64,000 bases of DNA from Bdellovibrionales bacterium (GTDB lineage Bacteria; Bdellovibrionota; Bdellovibrionia; Bdellovibrionales; UBA1609). The stretch is taken from assembly GCA_027317865.1 (NCBI GenBank), contig DAHVQG010000002.1, forward strand, positions 160,001 through 224,000, written 5' to 3'. Of the stretch, positions 9,664-20,022 are shown piece after piece. A program made the position numbers and the translations under genes. The notes under the pieces are model-generated. The model worked only from the letters and a program-made list of their open reading frames with translations. It was not told the DNA's origin and ran no database searches. Position 1 is the first letter of the stretch. The number at the start of each line of letters is the position of its first letter.

Positions 9664-10170
9664 ATGAAAGACTTGGGGCTTAACCACCTCGACTGGATTA
9701 AAGATCTGGTGCTCGCCGAGCAGCAAATGGAAGAAACTGGCGTTGTGAATCTCTCAACGGTCGACACAGAATCGCATTTAGAAGAACAAACAATTGAATT
9801 TCTTCGCGACGTGAAGGCCGCCATGGTTGAAGTGGCGGCGACTTTCAATCAGTTAAAAGGCTCAGGTGTCGGTACGCTTAAAATCTACGGCATCTCAAAT
9901 ACCAAAGCCGATTTTATGTTATTTCGAAACGGGTATAAGTTGATTTTTTCGATGCGCCATCCAGGTGAAATCGAAATTTATCACAGCTTGTTGACTTCGC
10001 ATTTTTTAAATCCCGTCGAAGGTGAAGCTCAAGGTCCCGAAAAGGATTTGATTCGAGCGCATTGGGCCGCTTTTGGTGAACTTCAGTGGCACCATAAAAA
10101 TTTGCCCGTACGCATTGATTTTTTAGTTCGGCATTATCTCACGCGATTTATTCACGAGAGTGCTAAATAA
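9664..10170 (+). CDS. Hypothetical protein
   Basis: ORF MKDLG... with GGGGGA SD. Confidence 0.75.
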   Translation: MKDLGLNHLDWIKDLVLAEQQMEETGVVNLSTVDTESHLEEQTIEFLRDVKAAMVEVAATFNQLKGSGVGTLKIYGISNTKADFMLFRNGYKLIFSMRHPGEIEIYHSLLTSHFLNPVEGEAQGPEKDLIRAHWAAFGELQWHHKNLPVRIDFLVRHYLTRFIHESAK

Positions 10171-10185
10171 ATCCGCGCCCGTGAC

Positions 10186-10947
10186 TTAGCCTATTCTTGG
10201 GAATTCAACTTTTCGAATTTTTGCCCGCGCGGAGGTAACAATGTGCCGCGCTGATTCGGACACTTGCCGCGCCGATTGTTTAACGGCTTGTACTCGTTCT
10301 TCGGCTTGACGTTTTCGCTCGGCATCGACGCGCTCCAGGTCTTCGGCATGTTTAACCGCCTCGCGAAATTGATTTTCAACACTTTTTAGCGCAGACAAAT
10401 CGGGATTCGGAGTTTGAAAGGTTGTCTCTTTGGGCTTTGCCCATTCCGGTAAGAGTGACGGCTCGAAGGTGAGTTCTTCGCGGTTGATTTTAGCGATGAA
10501 TTCGACTTCACTTCGGGGCAAATCGAGCGCTTGTACAATTTCATCGACCGTTCGCCCATCGTTGGCCATTTTTGCCGCTGTCACGTATTTTTGCGTTTGA
10601 CTTCTTTCAATAATTTCTTCGTGCGGAATTTTGTCTTGAAAAATTTCGGCCACATCAAGGCTCTTTTTCATGGAGTGGTCGATTTTAACGAGGAGTTCTT
10701 CGGCATCAAGAATTTTAGCTTGTAAGTGTTTTGAGCGCTCGTCGATAAACCGGGTGAGGCTTTGCACTTGTTGCTCCGTGCGTTCCGATAAATCTTCAAG
10801 AACGGCAATCTTACTCTGTAAAAGCTGTAATCCACGGGTAAGCCGCGGATCATCTTTAGGTTTACGCGCCTGACGTAACCACAAGATAATCACGGACAAA
10901 ACAAGAAATATTTGAACAGCAATTGCCGGCAAAACCCAAGTCGACAT
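10186..10947 (-). CDS. Membrane-anchored coiled-coil protein with DUF2802-like domain
   Basis: N-terminal TM; KYVTAAKMANDGRTVDEIVQALDLPRSEVEFI. Confidence 0.65.
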   Translation of the reverse strand: MSTWVLPAIAVQIFLVLSVIILWLRQARKPKDDPRLTRGLQLLQSKIAVLEDLSERTEQQVQSLTRFIDERSKHLQAKILDAEELLVKIDHSMKKSLDVAEIFQDKIPHEEIIERSQTQKYVTAAKMANDGRTVDEIVQALDLPRSEVEFIAKINREELTFEPSLLPEWAKPKETTFQTPNPDLSALKSVENQFREAVKHAEDLERVDAERKRQAEERVQAVKQSARQVSESARHIVTSARAKIRKVEFPRIG

Positions 10948-11019
10948 TATTTTTATTTTAGCTCGACTTAGAAGGCATGACCACGCGACTCCGATTTATT
11001 ACGACAAAAGGCGAGCCAT

Positions 11020-12213
11020 TTAGGCTAATTCGGCGACAAAATCTTTGAGACGCGCAAATGCCTCTTTCATACGCGGCTCTTTGAGCGCGTAACTCATACG
11101 AACATAACCTTCGAGACCGAACTCCACGCCCGGCACAACGGCTACTTTTTTGTGGTCAAGCAGTAGTGTTGAAAAATCGCTGGACGTTTTGACGTCTTGA
11201 CCTTTGTACTTGCGGCCCAAAAACTTCGAAATATTGGGCCAAAAATAAAATGCGCCATCCGGTTTGTTTACAGTTAGTCCAGGAATTTTCTCTAGTTCGG
11301 AGAGGCCGAGATCACGTCGAGTTTTTAGCTCTTGAAGCGCCGTTTTAAGTTCTGATGCTCCCTCGTTGATCGCAGTCAGCGTTGCCCACTGTGACACAGT
11401 GGGAGCTTGGCTAACTGACTGCGACTGATAATTTGTCATCGCCTTGATCCACTCCGTTGGTCCAAGCGCCCAGCCGACTCGCCAGCCGGTCATAGCAAAT
11501 GATTTCGATGCGCCATTCATAACTAAAGTTCTTGGCCGCAAATCCGGCGCCGCCTGCAAAATATGAGGCGCGACGGGCGTATCAAAAACCAACCGGTTGT
11601 AAATATCGTCGGATAAAACCAGAACATTTGGAAATTCACGCAAGACTTTAGCCAACTTTTCAAGCTCATCGCGGCTATACATAAGACCAGTTGGGTTACT
11701 GGGGCTGTTAAGAATCAGCATTTTGGTTTTCGCCGTTAAATGGCGACGCAAAAGTTCAGGTGTAAGTTTGAAATTTTCTTTATCTTTGCAAACCGCAAAA
11801 ACCGGACGTCCGCCGGCTAATTCTACCATCACCGGATAGCTCACCCAATACGGCGCCGGAATGATAACTTCGTCCCCTGGGTCAATCGTCGCCTGTATGG
11901 CCGAAAACAAAACAAATTTACCACCCGACGAGACTGTTACATCATTGAGCGAATATTCAAGGCCCAGGTCGCGGCTTGTTTGTTCCGCAATCGCTTTACG
12001 AAGCGCGGGCATTCCACTTGCAGGAGTGTATTTCGATTGACCCTTAACAATGGCATCGATACCGGCACGCTTGGCACACTCAAGTGTATCCCAATCCGGT
12101 TCACCGACAGAAAGCGAAATCACGTCATGGCCCTGAGCCGCAAGTTCTTTTGCCTTTGCCGCAAGCGCAAGGGTCGGAGAAGGCTTTAAATTTTGAGCTC
12201 GTTTTGAAATCAT
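11020..12213 (-). CDS. PLP-dependent aminotransferase class I/II (aspartate aminotransferase-like)
   Basis: VGEPD, NSPSNPTG, DDIY, SKSFAMTGWRVG. Confidence 0.92.
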   Translation of the reverse strand: MISKRAQNLKPSPTLALAAKAKELAAQGHDVISLSVGEPDWDTLECAKRAGIDAIVKGQSKYTPASGMPALRKAIAEQTSRDLGLEYSLNDVTVSSGGKFVLFSAIQATIDPGDEVIIPAPYWVSYPVMVELAGGRPVFAVCKDKENFKLTPELLRRHLTAKTKMLILNSPSNPTGLMYSRDELEKLAKVLREFPNVLVLSDDIYNRLVFDTPVAPHILQAAPDLRPRTLVMNGASKSFAMTGWRVGWALGPTEWIKAMTNYQSQSVSQAPTVSQWATLTAINEGASELKTALQELKTRRDLGLSELEKIPGLTVNKPDGAFYFWPNISKFLGRKYKGQDVKTSSDFSTLLLDHKKVAVVPGVEFGLEGYVRMSYALKEPRMKEAFARLKDFVAELA

Positions 12214-12719
12214 ATATTCCTCACTTTTTCTTTAAGAGCATCGGTCACACATTGAGGCACAAATGCACGTGTTTCACCGCCAAATAATGCCACCTCGCGA
12301 ACAAGAGACGACGATATAAATCCGTGTTCCGCAGACGCCATGATAAAAAATGTTTCAATTTCGGGCCACAGGCGGCGATTGGCGTCGGCCATTGCGTATT
12401 CATATTCCCAATCTGAAACCGTACGCACGCTGCGAGCGATAAGGTGTATGCCTTCACGCTTGGCAAACTCCACTGTAAGTTCGTTTGAACACTGCACATC
12501 AATATGTTTCAAATCGCTGCGGCTACCCGATCTTGCAATTTCGCCTACCGACTTCAAGATCAACTCACGTCGCTCAGTTTGCGAAAAAAAATAATTTTTT
12601 CTCGGCGAATCCGCCACCAGTACAACAACGCGATCAAATAAGTGGGCAAGACGGCCGATCACATCCAAATGCCCCAGAGTGATAGGATCAAAACTACCTG
12701 GATACAATATCGCCTTCAC
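12210..12719 (-). CDS. coaD: Phosphopantetheine adenylyltransferase
   Basis: YPGSFDPITLGHLD; ISSSLVREVA. GTG start at 12719 with AAGGAG SD. Confidence 0.95.
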   Translation of the reverse strand: MKAILYPGSFDPITLGHLDVIGRLAHLFDRVVVLVADSPRKNYFFSQTERRELILKSVGEIARSGSRSDLKHIDVQCSNELTVEFAKREGIHLIARSVRTVSDWEYEYAMADANRRLWPEIETFFIMASAEHGFISSSLVREVALFGGETRAFVPQCVTDALKEKVRNI

Positions 12720-13266
12720 CTGACTCCTTTCGATAAAACGATGCTGATTTATCACCGAATGCGCGACGATCCAAGAGATGAAATGAATTGTAATGATCTT
12801 CGATTGGTTCCCGCTTGGCACTTTCGATAACTACAATTGTATTTTTTTTTGCGGCTCGGCTCTGCGCAAGCGCCGTCATACACGCGTCAGCCAGGGCTTC
12901 GGTAAATGGCGGATCAATAAAAATCACCTGAAATGGCTCCCCTGCGTATTCTTTCAAATATTTAAATACATCGCGAGCCACTATTGAAAAGGGTTCGCTG
13001 ACCTGCAATTTATTCAAATTTTCACGAATAATTCGCAGCGAACGCGGATGCGATTCGACAAACTCCACATAAGCCGCCCCACGAGAAAGCGCTTCGATGC
13101 CTAAACTACCGGTACCCGAAAAAAGATCGAGAGCGCGAACTCCTGAAATGTCGCCCCTAAGGATATTAAAAATCGTCTCTTTGACCCGATCGGTTGTCGG
13201 GCGAATATGTGGCGCTTTGAAGCTGACCATTTGACGACCTTTGTACTTGCCGGAGATAATACGCAT
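12694..13266 (-). CDS. rsmD: 16S rRNA m2G966 methyltransferase
   Basis: MRIISG, RPTTDRVKE, LDLFSGTGSLGIEALSRGA, DPPF. Confidence 0.95.
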   Translation of the reverse strand: MRIISGKYKGRQMVSFKAPHIRPTTDRVKETIFNILRGDISGVRALDLFSGTGSLGIEALSRGAAYVEFVESHPRSLRIIRENLNKLQVSEPFSIVARDVFKYLKEYAGEPFQVIFIDPPFTEALADACMTALAQSRAAKKNTIVVIESAKREPIEDHYNSFHLLDRRAFGDKSASFYRKESGEGDIVSR

Positions 13267-13288
13267 TCCAACTCCAAAAAAGTTAAAC

Positions 13289-13678
13289 CTAACGATTTGA
13301 TCGGCGGCGAGTGGCGAGCGCCGCTTGTTTGAGTTTCATAAAATACCGGACAATCGCGACACGGTGTTTTTCTTGGATTCTTTGAAAATGCATTTCTACC
13401 AGTTTTTTGGGAGTCGGCAAAGCTTCGTTCGGCTCTGGCTTTTTTTTGGGAATTCTCCGAAAAAATCCGTCGTAATGTTTTATCGAGCGAACCCTCTCGG
13501 TCAACAATACGTCATCGAGAGTAAATGACACAGTTAAAAAACTGCCGACTTTAAAAGGAATGCGGTCAAGCTCCACCAGTATCCCCACAGTGTTGAGCTG
13601 CATTATAAAACCAGTTAATTTTTGGCTTTCTGTATCGAGCGTGACCGCAATCGGTTCTCTCAGTGCGCGCGAGGCCAT
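13289..13678 (-). CDS. Degenerate PilZ-like protein
   Basis: RALREPI...QLNTVGILV...MHF pattern resembles PilZ; canonical motifs altered. Confidence 0.5.
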   Translation of the reverse strand: MASRALREPIAVTLDTESQKLTGFIMQLNTVGILVELDRIPFKVGSFLTVSFTLDDVLLTERVRSIKHYDGFFRRIPKKKPEPNEALPTPKKLVEMHFQRIQEKHRVAIVRYFMKLKQAALATRRRSNR

Positions 13679-13702
13679 TTAAAACCGCCTTTTTTCGGTT
13701 TC

Positions 13703-14074
13703 TTAGCTTTTTTGCTGTTTATTTTTCACCAAATTTTCAGCCTGTTCAACTATTTCAAAAATGTTATGAAATGGCTTGGCTAAAAACAAATCGGCACCAA
13801 GCGCCTGAGCGCCTTTGACGTCATATTCACCGGTATACGCCGACATAAGTATGATTCGCGTGCCTGGCGAAGGTGAAATTTTTTGCAACATTTGTGGCCC
13901 CGTCAGCCCCGGCATCAAAACGTCAACGAGGGCTACGTCGAACAATTCTTTTTGCCAAATTGAAAGCCCCTCTTGCCCGTCACAACCGCACCTAACTTCG
14001 TGCCCGCGCGTCTCGAACGCGCGTTTCAGCGACCGACGAATAAGCGCTTCGTCGTCAACAATCAGAACATTCAT
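13703..14074 (-). CDS. Single-domain response regulator
   Basis: VLIVDDE, DVLMPGLTG, MSAY, AKPF. Confidence 0.93.
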   Translation of the reverse strand: MNVLIVDDEALIRRSLKRAFETRGHEVRCGCDGQEGLSIWQKELFDVALVDVLMPGLTGPQMLQKISPSPGTRIILMSAYTGEYDVKGAQALGADLFLAKPFHNIFEIVEQAENLVKNKQQKS

Positions 14075-15513
14075 GCTTCTCTCGCTAGCGGTAAAATCAC
14101 GCGAAATACCGTGCCCGCCCCCACTTCGGAATCAAATTCAATTCGCCCGTGTAATTTTTCAATAATATTTCGGCTCATACTTAACCCCAATCCCGTTCCT
14201 TCGTCGACTGATTTTGTAGTGAAAAAATAATCAAATATTTTGGGGCGAAGTTCCGGCGCAATTCCCGGGCCCGTGTCAGCAACAGACAAAATGGCTTCGT
14301 CACCGCGAGAAATTGTTGAAATTGTAAGACGCCCCGACTCGCCCATCGCTTGGCAAGCGTTTTTTACCAAATTAAACAACACCTGTTGTGTCAACTGGGC
14401 TTCTACAAAAACGGGAACCTCCGGGCGCGCCAACTCAAGAATTAATTCAAATCGCCGGGTCATAATTTTCAACAGTGAAAGCGTTTTATTCACGATTTCG
14501 TTTAAATCCACCCGCGTTTGCTTTTGCTCGTAATCGCCGCTTGAAAATTCGCGCAAATTAGTAATGATGTCTTGACACCGCTCGGCCGCGCGCTCGACTT
14601 CAACGAGATCATTTTTCAAATTTGCCCCCTCATCAGCTTGCGGTATAAGCAATTGTGCCAACGATCGAATTCCGGTTAGCGGATTATTCAACTCATGTGC
14701 AATGTGCCCGGCGAGTTGGCCCAAAGCTGCCATTTTTTCACCTTGTACCAGCTGCTTTTGCAGGCGTACGGCCGCCGTCACGTCCACATAATGATTGATA
14801 ATGGCGGCCGATTTTTCATTTTCTCCAAAGGTAATCGGATAAGAATGAACTTCATATTCCCTGCCATGATGTTCAATACGAGTTTGAAAAAGATAGTTTG
14901 TATCGACGCCCGTAAGTTGATCGGTGAAACTGCGATTGGCACGCAATATCTCTCGACCCGCACCAAAAATTGCCACTGGATCTTGCAGACCGTCAAACGT
15001 GCGCTCCCACATAAGAGAAGCTTCTTTTAAATGCTCTTCAAGAAACAAGCGATCGAGCGAAAGACTCAAGACCTGGGCGCGATGATCAATGAATTCTAAA
15101 AAATCTTTGGTTTCATTTTCTTTAAGTGCGTGCTCAAGATACAATACTCCGCCCACCCGCATTTTTTGCTCATCAAGCCGACGTCTTGACCGCACCGGTA
15201 TGGCAAGCAATCGTGCAAAGGGTCGCCCAAACACATTGGCTAAGTATCGGCTATCGTTCAAATCGTTAAATCGAATATCTTGACTCTGCGACCACGGCGA
15301 CTGCATTTTTGCTTCGTGCACTTCACGTCCGCGATAATAAACCACACGCAAATTCTGCCGAGAGTCGACAAAAGCTAAAATCGGGTCCTTAACTCGAGAA
15401 AAGCTGTGAAGTTCGCGGCGAACGCAACCCATTACGTCGTCGATTGTTTGCGCCGAATCGAGCGCCTCGACAAATTTTGTTAACGTTTTCGATTTTGATC
15501 GACGTGTCGGCAT
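14071..15513 (-). CDS. Cytoplasmic sensor histidine kinase (NtrB-like, PAS-like input)
   Basis: AHELNNPL H-box; NLVKNA, DTGPGI, FFTTK, GTGLGL. Confidence 0.93.
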   Translation of the reverse strand: MPTRRSKSKTLTKFVEALDSAQTIDDVMGCVRRELHSFSRVKDPILAFVDSRQNLRVVYYRGREVHEAKMQSPWSQSQDIRFNDLNDSRYLANVFGRPFARLLAIPVRSRRRLDEQKMRVGGVLYLEHALKENETKDFLEFIDHRAQVLSLSLDRLFLEEHLKEASLMWERTFDGLQDPVAIFGAGREILRANRSFTDQLTGVDTNYLFQTRIEHHGREYEVHSYPITFGENEKSAAIINHYVDVTAAVRLQKQLVQGEKMAALGQLAGHIAHELNNPLTGIRSLAQLLIPQADEGANLKNDLVEVERAAERCQDIITNLREFSSGDYEQKQTRVDLNEIVNKTLSLLKIMTRRFELILELARPEVPVFVEAQLTQQVLFNLVKNACQAMGESGRLTISTISRGDEAILSVADTGPGIAPELRPKIFDYFFTTKSVDEGTGLGLSMSRNIIEKLHGRIEFDSEVGAGTVFRVILPLAREA

Positions 15514-15528
15514 GAAGCTCCATTGATT

Positions 15529-16155
15529 TTATCGCGCCTCTCTTTGTCCTACCAACAAATTCCGCCATTTGTCGAGCGACGTTGAAAGTTCGTATTCCAA
15601 CACGTCGGCGAGCAATGACCAGTCTTCGGCTTGAAAGGCCTCGGTTAGTTCTCGTAAAGTGGCAATCATGTGATTTTCGTTTTCTTGCCAATTGTCGCTA
15701 AATTCGGCTGAAGAATTTTGCTCTTTAAGTATCGGCTTTAGCAAAATTAAGGCCTCGGTTAAAATCTGCGTATTTTTAATAACAGCTACAAAGCGGCTCC
15801 GCGCGTCGCTACCCGTTCTCGGATCGCGCTGAAAATTCCCACGATATACGTCGGCTAGGCGTATCACTTCGCTCGATAGAGCCTCTGAAAGCTGAATAAT
15901 TGTTAGAACGGAATTTTTCTTTAATTCGGCAACGCTTTCAGTTTCAACTTCAATTTCGTGTACTGTCGATAATTTAGATTCTGCCAGTCGCACTTCATCT
16001 GCTTCGGTTAAGACCATCCCGTTGACTTTGACTTGGCAAACAACGCGATCTTTCTTTTGCGCCTCGTTTTCGAGCACCTGAATCAGCTCGCAAAGGCGGT
16101 CGCAATTAATATAGGACTGAACGATTTCATCACTCGAAAGTTTTAGGACTTCCAT
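15529..16155 (-). CDS. Hypothetical protein with C-terminal DxxLLADVLEYEL motif
   Basis: Last gene of the TPR/GT9 cluster; overlaps the upstream GT9. Confidence 0.7.
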   Translation of the reverse strand: MEVLKLSSDEIVQSYINCDRLCELIQVLENEAQKKDRVVCQVKVNGMVLTEADEVRLAESKLSTVHEIEVETESVAELKKNSVLTIIQLSEALSSEVIRLADVYRGNFQRDPRTGSDARSRFVAVIKNTQILTEALILLKPILKEQNSSAEFSDNWQENENHMIATLRELTEAFQAEDWSLLADVLEYELSTSLDKWRNLLVGQREAR

Positions 16156-17578
16156 GATGACCCTCCTTATTGACTTCATTTTCGATTTCGAAATTTAGCC
16201 GGATTGTCTGGCAAATTTCATTCAGTTTAATAAAAAGCGCCTTTGTAGAACGAAGAATGTCTTCAAATTTCCCCGGAGGGATTCTCGACTTTTCAGTTTG
16301 GAACCATCTTACGACGGGTGATAAGTCAAAGGCGAGCTTGCCGACCTCCTCAATGAGAATATCAATCTGGTTTAGTATTTCGGCAGCCGTTGGTTGCGGC
16401 CCTTGATTTTCTAAGGTTTCGATCTGCTGTAAAGCAAGACTTGCAAGTTCCCCAAGCCGTTTGAAGCCAAGCGCGTTTATATTTGATAAAACCCTCGGCC
16501 AATCCGAATCGCCGTAAAGTGCGCGAATCAGATTCCACGAAAATTCGTCTTCTTCGTAACCGACCAAATCATAAATTACCCCAAATCGTTCAGCCTTTAA
16601 AATGACGGGCCACTTGGAATATGTGGCAGTTAACATGCAGACAACTTCTTGCGTGACTCGTTCAACATCGCAAGCTCCAGGCGATTCATACCAAATCACG
16701 CGACTGCCAGGGGCGCGCGGCCCCGTCTCCCAGAAGCGAACACCTTGAAATGACAAATTGAGGGTCGGCGTCTTAGTCAGAGTGGCAATATGGAGTCCGA
16801 CGCTATCGCAGCCGATAAATATTTTGGCGTCGGATAGGATTTGATACAAATCGTGCAAGCTCGTCTGCCCAACGCGATTTGTAACGTTTGTCAAAGACGC
16901 AAGTTTCGCCGCAAATGTTTCGTCGAGGTCGCACGCGGCGCCCACAAGCGTTACCTGTTCATCTGTGACTTTAGTTAGTTTATCTATAAGTTCAACCCAT
17001 CGTGCCGGCGGCAAATTCTTAAATTTTTGACTTGCGCCAATCTGCACAACAATGCCGGAGCGCGGCCTGGTCACCACCCCTTCGGGCGGGCGAAAATCTT
17101 CGTCGCTGAGTTGTGTTTGCGCCACCATGGCGAACACATCGGTTAAATGAATTCTATTGGAGCGATCGTTGCCGACCTGCGCGTAAAAGTAGCCGCTTGC
17201 CTCATCAGGAATAGCAAGATATCCGTCGGAATGCCGCGAATATCCCGAAACTTCATTTGCGCCAATTAGATCCGTTAGATAGCTTGATGCGGGCGAAAAT
17301 GAGAAATTGATGACCCGGTCGTATCCCCTCAAATTATGTTCAGATACCCAATCGTCGATAAGGTGGAGCGCTGTATTGGTGTCCTGCGCGAACCAGCTTT
17401 CAGTCGGTAATATAATGAGTCTGTTAATCACATCGAGACCGTCGGCCGCTTGCGCGAATCGTGAGCGAACGACCAAATCGATTTCGGCGTCGCCGAATTG
17501 CCGCCGCAAAGCTCTTAGCACGGGCCAAGTCTGATAGATATCACCGAGCCGCGCGAGTTGAAGGCAAAGAATTTTCAT
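16130..17578 (-). CDS. Glycosyltransferase family 9 (heptosyltransferase-like) with C-terminal extension
   Basis: MKILCLQLARLGD; QIGAS; IGCDSVGLHIA; ETGP. Confidence 0.85.
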   Translation of the reverse strand: MKILCLQLARLGDIYQTWPVLRALRRQFGDAEIDLVVRSRFAQAADGLDVINRLIILPTESWFAQDTNTALHLIDDWVSEHNLRGYDRVINFSFSPASSYLTDLIGANEVSGYSRHSDGYLAIPDEASGYFYAQVGNDRSNRIHLTDVFAMVAQTQLSDEDFRPPEGVVTRPRSGIVVQIGASQKFKNLPPARWVELIDKLTKVTDEQVTLVGAACDLDETFAAKLASLTNVTNRVGQTSLHDLYQILSDAKIFIGCDSVGLHIATLTKTPTLNLSFQGVRFWETGPRAPGSRVIWYESPGACDVERVTQEVVCMLTATYSKWPVILKAERFGVIYDLVGYEEDEFSWNLIRALYGDSDWPRVLSNINALGFKRLGELASLALQQIETLENQGPQPTAAEILNQIDILIEEVGKLAFDLSPVVRWFQTEKSRIPPGKFEDILRSTKALFIKLNEICQTIRLNFEIENEVNKEGHHGSPKTFE

Positions 17579-17741
17579 CTTGAATTTGCTCCCTCATAAG
17601 TTCGAGCAAAAAACGCATTTTTTTTATTTCGTCTGAGTAACCGTCTTTTTGATACGCTTGTTCAATATCTGCCTCTAGTTTTCTAAGGGAGCGCGAAAAT
17701 TGAGCTTGAATGGATTCGCTAGACCTTTCATTTTCGGTCAT
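17541..17741 (-). CDS. Small helical hypothetical protein
   Basis: ATGA-type overlap with the upstream GT9; fills the operon gap. Confidence 0.55.
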   Translation of the reverse strand: MTENERSSESIQAQFSRSLRKLEADIEQAYQKDGYSDEIKKMRFLLELMREQIQDENSLPSTRAAR

Positions 17742-19417
17742 ATGGGCTCCAGCGCGATTTGGCGGAACGTGCGCAATAACTTCAGTTTAATTTTTTGCTG
17801 AGCCAAAGCTTCGCTAAGAGAACCTTGCAAACGCCGAACGCGGTAAAGGCCTAAATCGGGGCGCAATTTCAAATTTTCGCTTAAGAAATGTCCAAGTTTA
17901 AGATCCGACTCAAGCTGACTCAATTCTTCGGCTAATTCATCACCTATAAAATCCATTGAATTAATCTCGGATGCAAATCGAATCTTGTGATTCATTTCGC
18001 TGATGGCACGCTCTAACCGGCTCTCGCGTTCGCGCGTGCTTTTCTCGATAACGTCGATATTGGGCAAAAGGCGCTCTTCAATAGATGATTGGTCGGTCGC
18101 CGTTTCGATCCAATTTTTAAACCTGACGCTCTCTGTACCGTATGCGCCAAGAATTTGCTCGTGTTGCCGATTCAACAAAAACCTCCAGGCCACACGGTCA
18201 AAGTATGATGCGACTTGCCCCTCGATTATGTCTGTGTCGAGATCAACGGGTAACCAAAATCCGCCGAGATCGGTAGACGCTTTTGTAAACCTCATTGTGT
18301 CACTGTATTCGCGCGCCAGTACTTTTAACGACATCCAGTCTTTTTGAATGAATTTGCTGATTGCAAGACCCACGGCTTGCGCGTCGATTTTTGCCGCGCA
18401 CGCATGATGATCTCGATGACACGGCGACGAGTGCGGACAGGGTGCGCAAGATTCGCGGCTCGAAATTAAAAGCGATCCGTTTTTGTAGGCCCCCGTTCGC
18501 GAAATGTCAGCACTGCCGACTGCAATCTCAACAATTCTGGTGGGAGTTAAATTCGCAAGATGTTTAATGCTTGTGTCGCCCGTTACAATAACGTCGGCCA
18601 CTTGCAAAAGCGAAAAAACACCTTCAAGGCTCATGGCGGCAAGGTCAATCTGAATATGGTTAGCCTGCGCGACGCTTTGGAATTTTTCGAGCCGGCGCTT
18701 TTCGTTCGGCGCGCCGAGTACTATAAATTGCGAGTCGGGCAAGTTGAGTTTGATGGTCTCAAGTGCTTTGATCCATGAAGAAGACGGCCAATTTTTTTTT
18801 GCGTCACTTGTAAATATTTGAAGCAATATTTTTGGACCGCCCTTGAACGAGTGAAAGCGCAGCCACTCTTCAAGTTCTTCTTTGCCTTTTTTGGTTTCGG
18901 CGGGTGTTGCGCGCGCAAAATTCAATTCGAGATCGCAAACGCTGCCGAATTTAAATATGTCCGAATAGTGAAAACCCAGTTGTGCGCCAGCACCCATCAC
19001 GTCGTTAAGATACCGAAACCATGGCGAACCAAACGACGCCTGCCCGCGGTGATTGATAACCATTCCAAGCTTTTCATTGGCCTCAACCGCAGCCGCTATA
19101 TATCCGCTAAATTTTGTTTGCGTAAGATTAATGATCGTATCGTACTTTTCGGAATTTAAACGGTCGACCAGTGATTTTAACCTATCAAGCGATTCAAAAA
19201 TGGGCCGGTCCGATCGCACCAAACCCTGCTGGAGGAGTTCACGGTCAATCGCATAGACTCGATGAACAGCAGGCAAAAACGAAACTACGCGCTCAACCCC
19301 TTTATTTACAAGTAAATCAATTTGCGCCGACGGATTTTTTGCCCGAATGGCGTCCAAGGCGTCTGCCGCCAAAAGTGCGTCACCCAAGCGCAATAAACTT
19401 AGAACCAATATTTTCAC
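17738..19417 (-). CDS. Glycosyltransferase family 9 with Cys cluster and helical C-terminal extension
   Basis: MKILVLSLLRLGD; KKNWP; VTGDTSIKHLA; CAPCPHSSPC...C. Confidence 0.87.
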   Translation of the reverse strand: MKILVLSLLRLGDALLAADALDAIRAKNPSAQIDLLVNKGVERVVSFLPAVHRVYAIDRELLQQGLVRSDRPIFESLDRLKSLVDRLNSEKYDTIINLTQTKFSGYIAAAVEANEKLGMVINHRGQASFGSPWFRYLNDVMGAGAQLGFHYSDIFKFGSVCDLELNFARATPAETKKGKEELEEWLRFHSFKGGPKILLQIFTSDAKKNWPSSSWIKALETIKLNLPDSQFIVLGAPNEKRRLEKFQSVAQANHIQIDLAAMSLEGVFSLLQVADVIVTGDTSIKHLANLTPTRIVEIAVGSADISRTGAYKNGSLLISSRESCAPCPHSSPCHRDHHACAAKIDAQAVGLAISKFIQKDWMSLKVLAREYSDTMRFTKASTDLGGFWLPVDLDTDIIEGQVASYFDRVAWRFLLNRQHEQILGAYGTESVRFKNWIETATDQSSIEERLLPNIDVIEKSTRERESRLERAISEMNHKIRFASEINSMDFIGDELAEELSQLESDLKLGHFLSENLKLRPDLGLYRVRRLQGSLSEALAQQKIKLKLLRTFRQIALEPI

Positions 19418-20022
19418 GCGATCAGTTCCCCCAAAGCTCGAACGAGTAAAACGTCGGATTGCTCCGCATGAGGCGACAGTGCCGCCATAATGTTTTTTAT
19501 AGAAATCCGCTCCTCATCGATTTGATGAACGCGTGAAAGTTGCGGCATTTGTTCGAACAGTGTTGAAAGTTCGGGACGGCATTTGAGTAGCGCCGCAAAA
19601 CTGATCTGCGTACGGCCAGAAATTAGCCCCTCAATCTCATCGTAAAACTCGGGGTCGCTAGCGGTCGCCGGCAGATATCGCGCAATTGTATAACTTTGCT
19701 TTACAAATTCAAAAATGGTGGTTGAAGATTTCGAACCCGGTCGCGCAAACAATTCACCCGGTGTACGAAGTGCTAAAAATTGTACTTCTGTCAATTCGAG
19801 TGCAAATCGTTTACGGCATTCGCGCCAATTTTCTGCATTTTTGTCGATAACGAGAATCTTCGACGGCGGAAAAATTTCAACGAGCCGCGCCAGGTGGTCG
19901 CCGCTGCCACATCCAACAACAATGAGGCGTGATATTCCACGCAGCTGAGGGGTGATACGCTGAATCCATCCGTGCGCATCAACCATTTTTGTGCCCTTGG
20001 GCAGTCGAGGCGTTACCCGCAC
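19414..20022 (-). CDS. Rossmann-like protein resembling the N-terminal domain of Maf flagellin-glycosylation factors
   Basis: LIVVGCGSGDHLARL...ILVID. Confidence 0.55.
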   Translation of the reverse strand: MRVTPRLPKGTKMVDAHGWIQRITPQLRGISRLIVVGCGSGDHLARLVEIFPPSKILVIDKNAENWRECRKRFALELTEVQFLALRTPGELFARPGSKSSTTIFEFVKQSYTIARYLPATASDPEFYDEIEGLISGRTQISFAALLKCRPELSTLFEQMPQLSRVHQIDEERISIKNIMAALSPHAEQSDVLLVRALGELIA

